A DNA stretch of 62,721 nucleotides, the filler included, from Collodictyon triciliatum (taxonomy: Eukaryota), in NCBI GenBank assembly GCA_043381765.1. It is 7 parts of 7 records of this genome, joined end to end, with 100 filler letters (N's around TTAATTAATTAA, not from the genome) between each part and the next. Parts side by side here need not be neighbours in the genome. Positions count along the whole stretch, not along the records: positions 33,049 to 43,840 come from JBHJMP010002535.1; positions 43,941 to 54,837 come from JBHJMP010002536.1; positions 54,938 to 59,129 come from JBHJMP010002590.1; 4 more parts are not named here. One strand, written 5' to 3'. Below the pieces are notes generated by a model. That model searched no databases. It was given only the letters and a program-made list of their open reading frames with translations, and was not told the DNA's origin. Of the stretch, positions 42,201 through 55,039 are shown one piece after another; within the stretch, counting starts at the first letter, position 1, and each line of letters starts with the position of its first letter. A program made the translations under genes and the position numbers.

Positions 42201-43726
42201 TTTTGCCCGTCTTCATTTCTCACATATTTCTTTGATACGGAATGCTGCGTATCGTTTTCACAAGCTATGCGCGACAATATAGGGCCCACAAGTTGTCATC
42301 AAGTTCTCGACAATGTATGCAACTCAGCTGCTCAATTCAGGCAAGTATGTGGAGGCTGTCAAAGTATTTGGCAAGTATGGGACACCCACAGACCCTTCCA
42401 ACTTTGTCATTTACAAGAATCTTTCTTCTGCCGTGATATCTCACGCTCGAGATGGAGACCATTCCAATGGGCTTGTTGAACTGCGCACAGTTTATCGAGA
42501 CTTGGTAACATAGAACAAACACCACTTCTCTGATAGATGAGAATCAAATGAAAATCAAATGAAAAACAAATGGAAAAACAAATGAAAAAACAAATGAAAA
42601 AACAAATGATAAAACAAATGATAAAACAAATGATAAAACAAATGATAAAACAAATGATAAAACAAATGATAAAACAAATGATAAAACAAATGAAAAACAA
42701 ATAAAAAACAAATAAAAAACAAATACAAAACAAATACAAAACAAATGAAAAACAAATGAAAGAAAAATAAAAACTATGGAGAAAAGCTGAACCTTTGGTA
42801 ATACACTAAAATTGTTGCGCTATTCGTAGATGACATTTTTACAAGGGAAATCAGAGCCTCGGAAGGCAGAGATGGAGAAGATGGAGCTCATTTCTCACCT
42901 TGCTCTCCTGCGCTCCTCAATCGTCGATGTTTGTATATCTTTAGCCAAAATCGATGAGAATCTTTTTCTGATATCTTTCCTTCAATTCTCATCCTGGCCA
43001 TCCAATTCACTGGTCCTCTATCCACCACATTCACTCCTGTAGAAGGGACTTCCAGATATATGGGGCAAAATCAATGTCTCGCTAGTTCGTTATTGCAAGG
43101 ACCTGCCAGCGGACAAAGTATTCTACGACGCGGGAATGGCTTGCAAGGTAGTTTGATTTCCGCTAAATACACTTGACCTTGGTGCAAATATCATGATTTT
43201 GTGGGTATACCAGCGAAGACACAGTGAGAAGTAGCACAGCTGAAGCCTTTTCTTTTTCTTTTTCAATCAATATAATATAACATAACCGTATGTAGACTCA
43301 AAAGTGGTTGAGCATGGCTTTCGTCTTTTTGAATCGATTCCTGGATTTGAGTGAACTGATGGACGAAGGGGACTCTATGACTCTGGAGAATGCTGACTTC
43401 CAAAACACGGACATCCCTTACGACTTTGCCATCCCCGAAAAGCACGCTATTTCTGAGGAGAAGAGAGAAGAGGTTACAATCCCCTACATTTGACATATAA
43501 TTCTATGAGGGTACTCTCACTCGTTTTTATGCATATAAAAAATGCTGTGTTTTCACCAACGCCGGCTCTCCAAAGGTACGCAACTGGATTCTTGCGGTGT
43601 CGATGGACCAGCAAATCGACCAGGAGCTCAGTCGCAAGCCATGCGATGGTTGCAGCACAAGTATTTACGAAGCTTCCTTATCCTGCTACAAATGCAAGCA
43701 TAATTACACACCTTGCATAATTACAG
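33279..43726 (+). CDS. IFT172: Intraflagellar transport protein 172 (partial at both ends, over 30 exons)
   Basis: VKLGNLKTNK, GHLDGSI, PYALSWG, GSLCGAVEMYDAC, RTEYMSSHLISVRINE, DHDSKVDWLELN, LLFRDKRRQLHL, YVQWVPESDVVVAQNR, DAAINHFIEA, VHLKYAMFLEDEGRF, AFVFLNRFLDL, TDIPY, WILAVSMD, and the C-terminal zinc-ribbon start. Confidence 0.97.
34941..35410. repeat. (ATATCAA)n and (AAATAAC)n heptamer repeats flanking a gap, intronic
   Basis: Direct inspection. Confidence 0.9.
40489..40547 (+). mobile_element. Ultra-short retroposon insertion (family A) with 18-bp TSD in an IFT172 intron
   Basis: ACTCTCTTATGCATTCTT at 40489-40506 and 40530-40547 flanks TGAATCGAATAAAGG(A)n, identical to the tail of the insert at 287-327. 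Confidence 0.8.
40935..41055 (+). other. GC-AG intron in IFT172
   Basis: EYLPTK ends AAA|GCAAGC. No GT occurs before the in-frame TAG. Acceptor AACAG|GTC resumes VREINAEY. Confidence 0.8.
41160..41313 (+). other. U12-type AT-AC intron in IFT172
   Basis: Donor ATATCCTT (41160), branch point TCCTTCAC (41296-41303), acceptor ATAC (41313). Splicing restores LEESKEYSRAIEAYLRV, the IFT172 E..GEYSRA...YL motif. Confidence 0.93.
42560..42760. repeat. (AAAACAAATGAT)n 12-mer minisatellite, intronic
   Basis: Direct inspection. Confidence 0.9.
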
Positions 43727-43992
43727 GTTTGTGATATCTTTGAAAACAAAAAACAAAAAACAAAAAACAAAAAACAAAAAACAAAAAACAAAAAACAAAA
43801 AACAAAAAACAAAAAACAAAAAACAAAAAACAAAAAACAANNNNNNNNNNNNNNNNNNNNNNNNNNNNNNNNNNNNNNNNNNNNTTAATTAATTAANNNN
43901 NNNNNNNNNNNNNNNNNNNNNNNNNNNNNNNNNNNNNNNNTTTTTCTCTCTCTTTTTTTTCTCTCTCTTTTTTTTCTCTCTCTTTTTTTTCT

Positions 43993-44071
<79 letters not shown>

Positions 44072-44281
44072 CTCTTTTTTTTTTTTCTCTCTTTTTTCTC
44101 TTTCTTTTTCTCTCTCTTTTTTTCTCTCTCTTTTTTTCTCTCTCTTTTTTTCTCTCTCTTTTTTTCTCTCTCTTTTTTTCTCTTTTACTTTTCTTCATTT
44201 CTTCATTTCTTCATTTCTTCATTTCTTCATTTCTTCATTTCTTCATTTATCCCTATTTGTACTCAAAAATATACGCTCTAG

Positions 44282-47200
44282 GCTCTTCGAATCTTAAAGA
44301 CACTTAATACACCCCGTGGAAATCAAGGGATTCTGGTCGAACACAGTTTACATTCGGATTCTAACGAGCATAAACCAAGAGATCATCGAATGTTTGAAAA
44401 GAACTTGACTGAGATTCAACACTTGCTTGGTCAGTTCATCAACGATATGTTTTTGAAATGATCTTTAAAATGATATTCATAAAATATAGATAATGTAATC
44501 CATCACATACTTTCTTTTTTTGTTGCACTAATAGAGGAGGTTCGTTTTAAAGAGGACGCAGAAGATGGAGACTATGAAGGAAGCAGAATGAAACGCGAAA
44601 AACGAGGTTTATTGGAACGAAACTTGAACAATAATAAATACTCTCCAAATATCACATCGTTATCACAAGCAATATAAAAGAAAAGATATTCTAGAGGACC
44701 ATATGAATTAGTTTTCTTTCCGAATAGACAAACACAATGAGAGGATTAAGGATGCAAATATAGAAAAAGCACACTATTTAAGACATACCAAAGCATCGGT
44801 AATATACTGTTCTAATAAATCATTAATGGCTCTAAACATACTGTTTTAACTGTAAAAATAATAATGGAAAATTATTGCATCCTATAAAAAAATATTATAT
44901 TTACTGCATAAGCACATATTTTATGAGACAATAACTGGCTTCATCTGAATACAGGAAACTATGACAGTGCCGCGGTTTTCTTTCCACGAATATGGTGATG
45001 TTTTTAAGAGGATAGAAAGAATACGCTCAGACCCGATTGAGAGTGCCCAGTTTAGGTCAAGAATAGGTTGGCTTTAGCTCGTGATTTCATTTCACATTTC
45101 ATTATGTGCTTTTTATGCTTTATTGACACTCATAAAAGTAGCTATATTGCCCAATTCATATGTTCCTTATGAGATTCATGGTTTGTTTGACTTTCATTTT
45201 TTTCATTCTTCCTTTCAATTTTGTGTATTTATTTGACTATTAAAATATTTGTAGGTTCAATTTTGATGGAAATGAAATCAAAAAAGACAAAGATTGTTGT
45301 TGTTGGACCGATTATTGCCTATCGAAAGAGCCTCGACCAAATGGTAACCGACGATACACAACATAGCATCCATGAAATTCCTTTCAGTTGATGTTTGATG
45401 AAACGACCTTTATCTTCTCAAAATAATATCTGATTTTACGCCTCTGTCGGTAAAATGATTTACCATATTAAAGAAACAAGCCCGTCTGAGAAGAATGAGA
45501 CAAAGGCTCTACAAGGTCCATCTAATTGTGAAAATACTTTTATGGTTTACCCTATATTTCATGAATTGATGAAGTCACCGCTAGGGTGATTTTTTTTTGC
45601 TCCAATTCAGACATCATTGTAATTAATAGGAAAGAAGAAAAAAGGAACAAGAGCATGAAAAAATTATGTTCGAAAAAAACCAGCGAAGATGGGCATGGCT
45701 TGTTGCTCTGGGCTGCCGAATCAGATTTATGAGAGACTTCATTATGGTATGTATACTCAGTTTAAAAGCATATCATCAAGAAGGAGGAGGAAGAGAGGCA
45801 ACTATTCAATCATATAAATCCAACACGATTCAACATTCCTTATTTCAAGATAGTTTTTGTTCAAAAAAATTCATAAAAAAAAACACATCTAATCTGTTGA
45901 TCGATCACCAGAGAGAAAGAACTTTTCGTGTGTTCAGAGCCATTCAAACTCGCGCTGCAATTACGATACAGCGGGCGTATCGACGTCATCGGACACTCAA
46001 AATTATCCGTGGGTTAAAGAAAAACAAAGCCATTCTTAAAAGGTCCGTTCTCATGTATTATCAGTGCTTCGCACCAATCATGCACTAATTTTTTGAATAG
46101 AGGTTTTTTATATCAAATTAAAGATAAGTGACTGCATAGGGCCATATTCATGTATGCAAAGAAAAGCAGAATAAGAAAAAAGATTAACGCAGTGAACACT
46201 ATTGGTATCGTTTTCATTTACTCGCCCAAGCGGTGCTTCACTGTTACATTTCATATCATTTTACATTTCGCTATTTTGGGTGAGTATTTGAGGAGAAAAA
46301 CCTGACTGACAAAAATTTTGTGAATATAGTTCAATTTTTAAAGGATAATGAAGATTTGAGTTCTCTGACTCGAGCTATTCGTCGGTTCCAATTCTCTGGT
46401 AATGATTCAGAAACGATGTGATATCCTAATGGAATGCAATATCCAAATATATCACCGTATGTCAGTTATTGATACCAATACACGTATAGTGATAAGTGTT
46501 CAGCGATTTTGGAGAAGAAAATATGCCGTCATCGTCGCACAGTTGGAGCTACTGTCGTTGTATTTTCTAAAAGTTGAATCGTGAGTACCCTTCACGAACA
46601 TATATTGAATAGCGATGTTCAATTAAACATATATGTGTATTGGAAGTTTGATTTTATCATAAAAAAATACATAATGATGAACGAAATGAGTGATATCCAT
46701 TTTGTATGGATTAAATAGATCTTAGCAGTACCATCAATCTATCTTATGGGCTTACTATACAATCTTACGCAATTATTTTGTAGTGCATATGTAAAACACT
46801 TTAAGTCAACCAGGAAGGAAAAGTCGAACAAGGATGGGGTACTGATTGGCTCATCCTTTTTTTTTATTGTCCTTTGCATTTCTTGAAATTCTACTCAACA
46901 TACTTTTTTTTTCACTATGAAAAAAGTCTGATAAATCATCAAAATTGAAGCGCCGTAATTCTTTAGCTTCAAATGTGTTTGGACATGTTCCACAGACACC
47001 CCCAAAGTAAGTCGGTTACTGAGATTTATCTTACATATGGGCATTCATGAATTTTGTTTCAAGACAGAAAATTTGCGAGCTGTAGAAACTATCATTCGGA
47101 AATCACTTACTATTTTCCCCCCTTTCAAATCGATAGTTACAAAGACTCATCTTTTATACCAAGGACGTCCAGGTAATAAACTCCCGCACCATCGCAGCCA

Positions 47201-48201
47201 GATTCTAAATAGGCCATTTATGAATATAACTATTATATTAATATATGTGCCACCAAAGAGATATGTTGACCGATTTGGTGCATCTTAACTATACAATTAG
47301 GAAACAACGCTATCTGGAGGTTATTATTATCATCATTATCATTATTCGATTTTTGCCCGAAATCAGATAAAATGTCTTAATCAGCAATTACCATTATAGG
47401 ACCTCTCTAAATTCTTCAAGGACATGACTATATATGCAGTAAGGAGACAGTATTCATCATAAATTAAATGCGAAATCCAAACTTATTAAATTAAAGCTAT
47501 TATTTACAAGATTGTAATCATGTGTTCCTTTTTAACATATATTGCTTGTTTTTCAAGACAAAGTACAAAGATGAAGCTGAAAAGCTACGAACATTTGGGC
47601 TAATCAACGAAGTAGACTACAAGGAAATGATATCTAGCATTGGAATGAATGTTTGTACTCACATCACGGCATATCTATAGCAGCTTACGAACATGATTGT
47701 AACCATACAGGATTATTAGATTATATTCAGTATGGAATGTGATACTGAGATGAGGGGAAAAAATGTATATATTTAGCACTCGAAGGAGATAGGTGGTCTA
47801 GTGATGCCCAAAAGACCGCGTTTTGTTGTGCTTCCACATATCCAAGATATCATTCCACTCGTGGAACGAGGTAATGCACTGTTCATCTTAAGTATAGGGA
47901 ATATAAGACTGACTAGAGAATATGTTTTGATACTTGGATTCCTCGAAGGGATGAGAGATGCGTTTCGACATGCGCAAATCAATGGCTACCCAACAAATTT
48001 TGACGAACTTGCACCTCCTAAGCTATCCGACGTTCATAGTATTTTGAAGGTTTTTTTTTATCCTTGCATGAATAGGACAGCGCAAACTATGTCTCTTCAG
48101 CTATTGTTTCATTTATTATTAATTTATTATGATCATTTATTCATATTCTCACAACAACGTGATACATGCAGCCTGGAAAGAAATCAGGAAGAAATCGCTG
48201 A
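44282..48201 (+). CDS. IQ-motif-containing basic coiled-coil protein (5' partial, about 17 exons; possibly ciliary)
   Basis: A consistent chain of GT-AG exons with IQ motifs RAAITIQRAYRRH and VISVQRFWRRKY, PKRPRFVVLP, ending GKKSGRNR-TGA (48199-48201). One internal junction (about 47010-47300) is unresolved. Confidence 0.65.
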
Positions 48202-48641
48202 GCTGCAAAATCTTGGTTAGTGACTATGCATTACTTTTTTTTTTTGTTTCCATTACAGCGTTCAACTTGGTACTTTTCTAGTGTTGTAGAAAAGTAAAAT
48301 ACAGCACATTTACATCTGCTGTTTATACATATATGGCTTCCGGGTTTTTTTTTTAACTAAACTGCTGTTAGCAGATTATTTTTTTTTTACTTGGCGTCTC
48401 CAAGCACAGTAAGACCCGAACGTAGCATCAGGAATCTCACTCTTTGTAGTTTCATCCTAGTTTAAAGAAAGAAAACACAGCAGAGGCAGAGGAGCATTTT
48501 CTATCGAAAAGCTTTCCATCTGTTGTCAATAAATCATCTACATTTTGTATTGAGACATAATAATTGATCTCCTGCGATATTTATTTTGTATGTATCTCCT
48601 TTATGATCATTTCTTGTATCTTTCTGATGGAAGTCCTGTGC

Positions 48642-50150
48642 TTACTTATCAAGATATTTTTTCATTTGACAACCCTACACATTTTATGTATGATGAATAT
48701 TGCACAATAAACCGTAATCGTGCAAGTTTGAAACGGAGAAAGGGAGGAAACCCGAGAAGCATATCCATGCACGTATTGGAACCGCCATTATCATTTGCAT
48801 GATTTTTATGTATATGCAATCGCGATTGTACTGAATATCATTTAGATATTGCGTGAGTGGGAGAATTTGTAGATAATTTTCTCTTACATGGCGAGTGAAT
48901 CCACATTTCTCATAGAATCCTTGTTTCTCATCGGAGCAATCGAGGATGACTTTGTAGCAATTTAGGCGCTTTGCAACGTCCATTAGGCGCTCCATCAAAC
49001 TGAGTGTTACATAAAGGTGGAACAAATGTTTAGAAAAAGTCATCATGAAAGAAGGCACTCAAACGATGCCCCAGACAAGGAAACACTTACATAGAGCCGA
49101 ATTTCATGTCTCTGTAATCTGTGTGTACCACAACATCTTCAATATGACCGGCCTATGAGACATGAATAATTGGCATTTAAAGTATAAAGTTTAAGTACAT
49201 GTGAGGCTGATGTGTATACTATTCAACTGAATATGGTCTTGACCGATAATTTTTTTTTTTTGTTGATTGTTCTCTTTAAGTTCTATCTTTCTTTTTTTTT
49301 CCCTTCTACCATTTTACGTATGCGAAGGAGAGGCTACGTCCGTACCCTGCTCATTCCGCGAATAAACTTTTTCTCAACAAATAGCGTTGCGCAACCGACG
49401 ATGCATTGCTTCAATGTGTCCTCCAATACGGTGATGTAGTATGTGTCAGGTACGGACTTGATATAGTTGAATTGCTCTATGTAAATCCAATAAAAAAAAA
49501 TGATAATCGGTGTCACTTTGTAGTTTTCTTAATCTGAACTTTGATTGTCAACATCACCAGAAGTAAAAACAATAGCGTGTGTGATTCATGAAAGCATGTA
49601 TTTTTTTTATTTTATTTTTTACTGTCGATGCTATTATGTATATGCGTGTGTCATCAAATAACCTTCAAACTCTTCTTTTGATGGTCTTGGGGCAGCAGTT
49701 AAGAGACTTAGCGTTTCAAAATACCCTTAATATTGAAAATTATTATGATTGTTATCACTATATATCGATGTAGATACCTTTATAAAGGGCAAGTCACAAT
49801 CTGCACATAAATAGTGAGGAGACCAAGAAATTCGATTGAATGATTATGTAAAGAATTGTTGTGTTTATATATCGAGTCATAACGCAACTTCTTATCGCCA
49901 CAGTGCCAACATAGACGCAAAGAGAAAATTGATAGAAAAGATAAGTAAGAAACATCACTCAAAAAAATGCAAGAATGTAGTATAATATATGGATTGGATG
50001 TCGCACAGAGGACTTTTGTATTAGAAAAGAAATGTACAATCATCACTAGACTCAAACAATTAGAATACCTTTGTCGATATCGCCCAACTCCAAAGGGCGA
50101 AGCAGAAACTGATTTCGAAACAAAATCCCGTCTTCTTTGATGTATTCCAT
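48642..50150 (-). CDS. GNA1: Glucosamine-6-phosphate N-acetyltransferase, 6 exons
   Basis: LRPLELGDIDKG|YFETLSLLT, IVGCATLFVEKKFIRGM, AGHIEDVVV, CYKVILDCS, FYEKCGF, GCQMKKYLDK-TAA. Confidence 0.93.
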
Positions 50151-50772
50151 TCTTTCTCTGTCCTGGGGAGCAATCAAAATATTGCAATCGTACAGCAAAG
50201 TCTTTGTTTTAGTCGACGAGTGACTCATGTTCCAACTATCTTTATTTTACGTCCTCTCTTATTTGCTGATGCTGAAAGTCGATACTGTGATACACAGATA
50301 CCCCGATGAAAGTGTTCTATTCGACTCGATGCAACAAATGGCTGTGGACGACTCTGTTGCTATGCCTAAACACCATTTAACTGATTCTGACGACAAAGTC
50401 GATGATAATATAACTATTAAAAAAAAAAAAGGGTATTGAGAAGCCACTATCCTGCGGTCATTTCTTTTCTTTTCTTTTCTTTTTAGCTCCGTGAGTAAGT
50501 ATGGGTTTCATGACAGCAGCCAAAATAGATGTGTCCATGAACAAAGCGTAGCCAAAGTTGCTTCAAGTAAGAAAGAAAAAGGACGTTTTTTCTGTCATGG
50601 TGATTTATCGGAAAGAAGAGAGCGTTCGAGAGAAAAGAGGATCCAAGGACGAAAGGCTGCCATCTTCGAGAGAATACGAAAATAAAACGTGAAAAAAAGA
50701 AGAGGAATGCCTTAAATAACCAGGTAGTGGCGTTTTCTCTTTCATTTTTTCTCTGCAGGGCTTCGTTCTTTG

Positions 50773-50874
50773 TTTTTATTTTTATTTTTATTTTTATTTT
50801 TATTTTTATTTTTATTTTTATTTTTATTTTTATTTTTATTTTTATTTTTATTTTTATTTTTATTTTTATTTTTA
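50773..50874. repeat. (TTTTTA)n microsatellite
   Basis: Direct inspection. Confidence 0.95.
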
Positions 50875-51201
50875 TGTTTCATCATGCCGAACAGCAGTAT
50901 GTCCGGGTGGAGGAAATAAAGAGCGAAAAAAAGGAGACCAGCACAAAGATGATCAGAGCGAAACGTGGCGCAACATGCCGCATATAAATGGCCAAAAACG
51001 AAGGGTTCTTTACAGGAGACGCAAAGTTAAGAATATAGAGGAACGCTATGATTCTGCCTATTTGCTTGTTCACTGATTGCGACTATTATCATTTCTGAAT
51101 CTTTATTCTTGCCCAAAAGAAGGCCAGTTACTGGAAGAAGAATGAGAGATGAGAAGACATATCGAGAAGCGGAGAGAACATGTGAGCTGGATTGCAACTT
51201 G

Positions 51202-52152
51202 TCAACACAATGCGCCCCACTCGTAGTTTCGGTTCAGCACAACGCCGCAATCATTCCCTTCATTCTTCTCAATCTCCAAATGCTGGAGTCCAACATCCTC
51301 ACTCTTTGGGTCGGCACAATCATGTGCCTTTTGGCTCTGCTCGTCCGATGGAATCATATATTTGCTAATCCACTTATCCAATGCGCTTCGGGGCAACGTG
51401 GGGAACGAACCACTGGCCCACTCGATAAGAGACTCCACAGGGTTGCTTTGTGCTGACTTGTGTGCGCCTGATGAAAGCGTGATGGTGCTCAATGGGCGCC
51501 AGCGGATGGGTGATTCCTGACAGTACATGATGATCGACCAGCTGCCCCAGGTCTGGGGAAATGGTGATGTTTGTGCTGGTGTTGATGCTCGTGATATAAT
51601 TCCTTGTCCTTGTGAAGGCGGCAGGTCTGATTCATCTCCCTGGCTAAGTGTGATGTGGAGATTGTTTTTGACTCGAAAGCAAGTCTTTGGGGCGCCACTT
51701 GAGATGTGGGATGATACGCGATTGGCGAAACGAATCAACTGCTTTTCACAGGATTTTCCAAAAACTAAAGAATGCTTGTTGGTCGCAGTGCGAACCGTAT
51801 GATGGAAATCAAGACTCGGCGAGAGGGTATCCGGATGGTCGCAAGGAAACTCTGCTTGCTCATCAGTCCAAGCGCCATGTAAGCTCCTTCGAAGGAGTGT
51901 TTCAAAGTCCTGTCGAGGGTTGCTTTCCGTCTCGCTGGACTCGCTCTGGGCAAGGACAGGGCTTTGCAGAAAGAAGCCGCTTAGCGTACAGTGAGGGAAA
52001 TACTCGTGGTTCGATTTCCAGCCAGAATGAAGCCAATCAACATACTGATTGATACTAAGCTGGTTGTGAAAGTGCCCGCGTGGCACAAGGTAGAGAACGT
52101 ATCTCGGAAAATGCTTCTCAGCAGAACTGGTAAGGTACGGTGTTGGGTTCAT
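51202..52152 (-). CDS. Stand-alone 2H phosphoesterase, UBASH3/Sts-type, intronless
   Basis: YVLYLVPRG, FPHCTLSGFF and LHITLSQ are two HxT motifs in a UBASH3-like context (EYVLYL.P.G, FPHITL..FF, LHVTLA). ATG at 52152. Confidence 0.75.
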   Translation of the reverse strand: MNPTPYLTSSAEKHFPRYVLYLVPRGHFHNQLSINQYVDWLHSGWKSNHEYFPHCTLSGFFLQSPVLAQSESSETESNPRQDFETLLRRSLHGAWTDEQAEFPCDHPDTLSPSLDFHHTVRTATNKHSLVFGKSCEKQLIRFANRVSSHISSGAPKTCFRVKNNLHITLSQGDESDLPPSQGQGIISRASTPAQTSPFPQTWGSWSIIMYCQESPIRWRPLSTITLSSGAHKSAQSNPVESLIEWASGSFPTLPRSALDKWISKYMIPSDEQSQKAHDCADPKSEDVGLQHLEIEKNEGNDCGVVLNRNYEWGALC

Positions 52153-52478
52153 AGTCACAAAGCCTTATGGCTCCTCTGGCGCACGTGACTCAGGGGCGGA
52201 AGGGAGACGCTGCGTTGGCAGAGAATGAACAGAATTGAGTCACGTGGAAGACACTTCTCAGCAAAGTCGAAACAACACGGACATGAGTGTGCTCTCGCCT
52301 GTTTGGTGGCGGCGTTTGTAGGTGTGAGAGTCCCGCTATCTTGTTTTCGATAATACACGGAACAAACCAGAAATCCAAAAACAAACGGGAGATGTTGACA
52401 GGTGAGCCAAAAATGAAAAAATAAAATCAAATATGTGTTTTTCTTATACAAATAATTTCTTCATTTTGGCAAGAAGTA

Positions 52479-52551
52479 GCCGAAATAGCTCAGTTGGAAG
52501 AGCGTAAGACTGAAGATCTTGATGTACTTGGTTCAATCCCGAGTTTCGGCA
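52479..52551 (+). tRNA. tRNA-Phe(GAA)
   Basis: GCCGAAA/TTTCGGC acceptor stem, D arm GCTC/GAGC, anticodon loop CTGAAGA, T loop TTCAATC. An oligo-T Pol III terminator lies about 12 nt downstream. Confidence 0.97.
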
Positions 52552-52751
52552 GATTCACATTATTTTTTGTTATGTGACTGGCGATTATTTTGTTTGTGAC
52601 CCGAATACGCGCCATTCCCTGCCGTACTCTGATTGACAGAGCAGCAAACATGTGACGCTGCACACCCCGAGATACGGAGCGGCACTTCTCGCCGCGCAGG
52701 CACAGAGTCGGCACGACCTCAGGCTTGATAGGGGAAAGTTGAGAGGGATGT

Positions 52752-54108
52752 TTATTGTTTGCCAGACTTGCGTCCCTTCAACTTGCGCTGGTAGAAGGCA
52801 AGCTCGTCGCCCTCGAGGATGTATCCGTCGCAGCGACCGCACTGGCCAGGGCGGGAGGAAACGCGGGCGAGAACGCGGCCGGTGGCAAACTGCTCCTCAA
52901 CAGCGGGGTCGACCGAGTGGTTCTTGCGGCGCTCAAGATGCTTGGAATGGACGGACTTGCTGACCTTCTTGACCTCGGAGCGGTCGACACCGTCGTTGGC
53001 GGCAGCCGGGGTGGCCGGGGTAGCAGGAGCAGCGGCAGCGGCAGCAGGGGCGGCAGGAGCAGCGGTGGTGGTGGCGGCGGCGGCGGTGGCAGAGCGCTTC
53101 TTCTTGCCGAGGGCGAGGCCGTAGTACTTCTCGTACCACTGGCGGAAGGGAGTGGCGTCGATGACAACAATGGCACCCTTGACCAGCGTCTTTGTGCGGA
53201 CAAGCTCGTTGTTGGAGGCGTTGTAGACCACGTCCAGGATACGGGTCTTGCGTGTGCAAACCTCGGCTCCCCACGAGAAGTTGCCTTGGTCCAGGCGCAG
53301 GGCGCGGCGCTTAATGTGGCCTCCGCGGACGCGCACGTGGTGGACGCGGCGCTCGCCCAGCTTGGTCATGGCGGGTTGACGGCCCAGCTCATACTTGCGC
53401 TTCTTGCGGATGGCAATCAGCTTGCCTCCGGTGGCACGGCGCTTGTGTGTGGAGTCACGAGAGATACCTGAGCGGCAGTTAGGCCTGTGTTAGTCGTGAC
53501 TGTGTACATGAAGGTGATGAGACTGTGGCGATCCTGTGTTGAGAGGTTGGGGTGAGTGAAGGGGTGTTCGAGGAAAGATTCGGCGTGAGGTCGTTGGAGG
53601 TGATCTGCGAACGGGCACTGTAGATTCACGAGTTCAAGTGGTGGTATTCTGAAATAAATTCCCCTGATCTAATCTGATCAAGTCAAGAGATTTTGCTTTC
53701 TGAACACAAAGAGAAATTAGGTGGCTATTTGCTCGGCGAGGAATTGTAGCTGTCCGAAATTAGGGCTAATTGAGCACGATAGAATGTATCGACGCCAGAG
53801 CGATAGTTCAGGTCGATCACAGCCCGTGGCAACAAGGCAAAGGTTCTTCCTGACTGACGATACGGATAAATGAGATAACGGCAATTCTGTAGGGATTCTG
53901 CGGCATTATTGGGTTGGGTTTTGCGTATGCTCTGCTGAAAAAACATTTTCCAGTTACAGTTGTGCATTAACCACTGACGTCAGTGTTGCAGACAGCCTGT
54001 TTCGTACTGTGCGTGGCTGTTCCCGCTGGGTCCTGAACGTGAGTAGTGGAGCAAGTTGGGGGAAGAGCGCGGGTGGGTGCTCTGGTGGTATCGATAGCGC
54101 TTACCCAT
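52752..54108 (-). CDS. RPS8: 40S ribosomal protein S8 (eS8); exon 1 = ATGG (54108-54105), intron 54104-53468
   Basis: [17 protein letters not shown]...[54 protein letters not shown]. Confidence 0.98.
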
Positions 54109-54937
54109 TCTGTGGTGCTGTGAAGACTTCGGATTGTATCCGGTGGTTGGTGGAACCTAGTGTAAAAACTGCAAGAAAGCGTGGTGCCTGCAGCAATCCC
54201 TCGAAGTGAAGTTGACTGTGAAAGAGGATTTTTGATATTAGGCCACCGGAACCCCCAACCAAAGGACAGAAAAAAAGATTGAGGGAAAAATTGAAGGAAA
54301 CTTACCAAATTTGGATACAGTTCACGGAAGAAAACATATTTCGTACCGTATGCACAGTTCAATACATATAGGTAGGTATTTTCATCACTAATATTCAGTA
54401 TTATAATTGCATAGATTAGAACTACAAATTTGTTAAACCATATCAATACTGATAGATATTATTACATTTGTATATTGTCATATTATATTTTCCAGAAATA
54501 TAAAATGGGAGCTCAGGAACGCAGTCAATCCCAAACTTAACTCCAACCGCACAGACAAAACTTTAAACAAATATGGATGATAATTCACCACATAAAGTAA
54601 ATTATCCAAGAAAAATCGAAGGTTCAATCAGGCTGCGTCACCACACATCGCAAGTAAATCTGATCCGACACAAAGCAGCCGAATGCCGATCAAAACTCGC
54701 ATCGCACTGCGCGCACAAGAAACACTCAAGTTAAGGGCGAGCGCCACGAAAGGCTTGGAGGAAGCTCAGACAAAACATGGACCCCACGAAATAAAAAAAG
54801 AGAGAAAAAAAAGAGAGAAAAAAAAGAGAGAAAAAAANNNNNNNNNNNNNNNNNNNNNNNNNNNNNNNNNNNNNNNNNNNNTTAATTAATTAANNNNNNN
54901 NNNNNNNNNNNNNNNNNNNNNNNNNNNNNNNNNNNNN

Positions 54938-55039
54938 AAAGACAAAAGACAAAAGACAAAAGACAAAAGACAAAAGACAAAAGACAAAAGACAAAAGACA
55001 AAAGACAAAAGACAAAAGACAAAAGACAAAAGACAAAAG
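54938..55039. repeat. (AAAGACA)n heptamer repeat at contig end
   Basis: Direct inspection. Confidence 0.95.

Noticed and set aside
52755-53471. 238-aa ORF antisense to RPS8
   Set aside because: A shadow ORF caused by the strong GC codon bias of RPS8.
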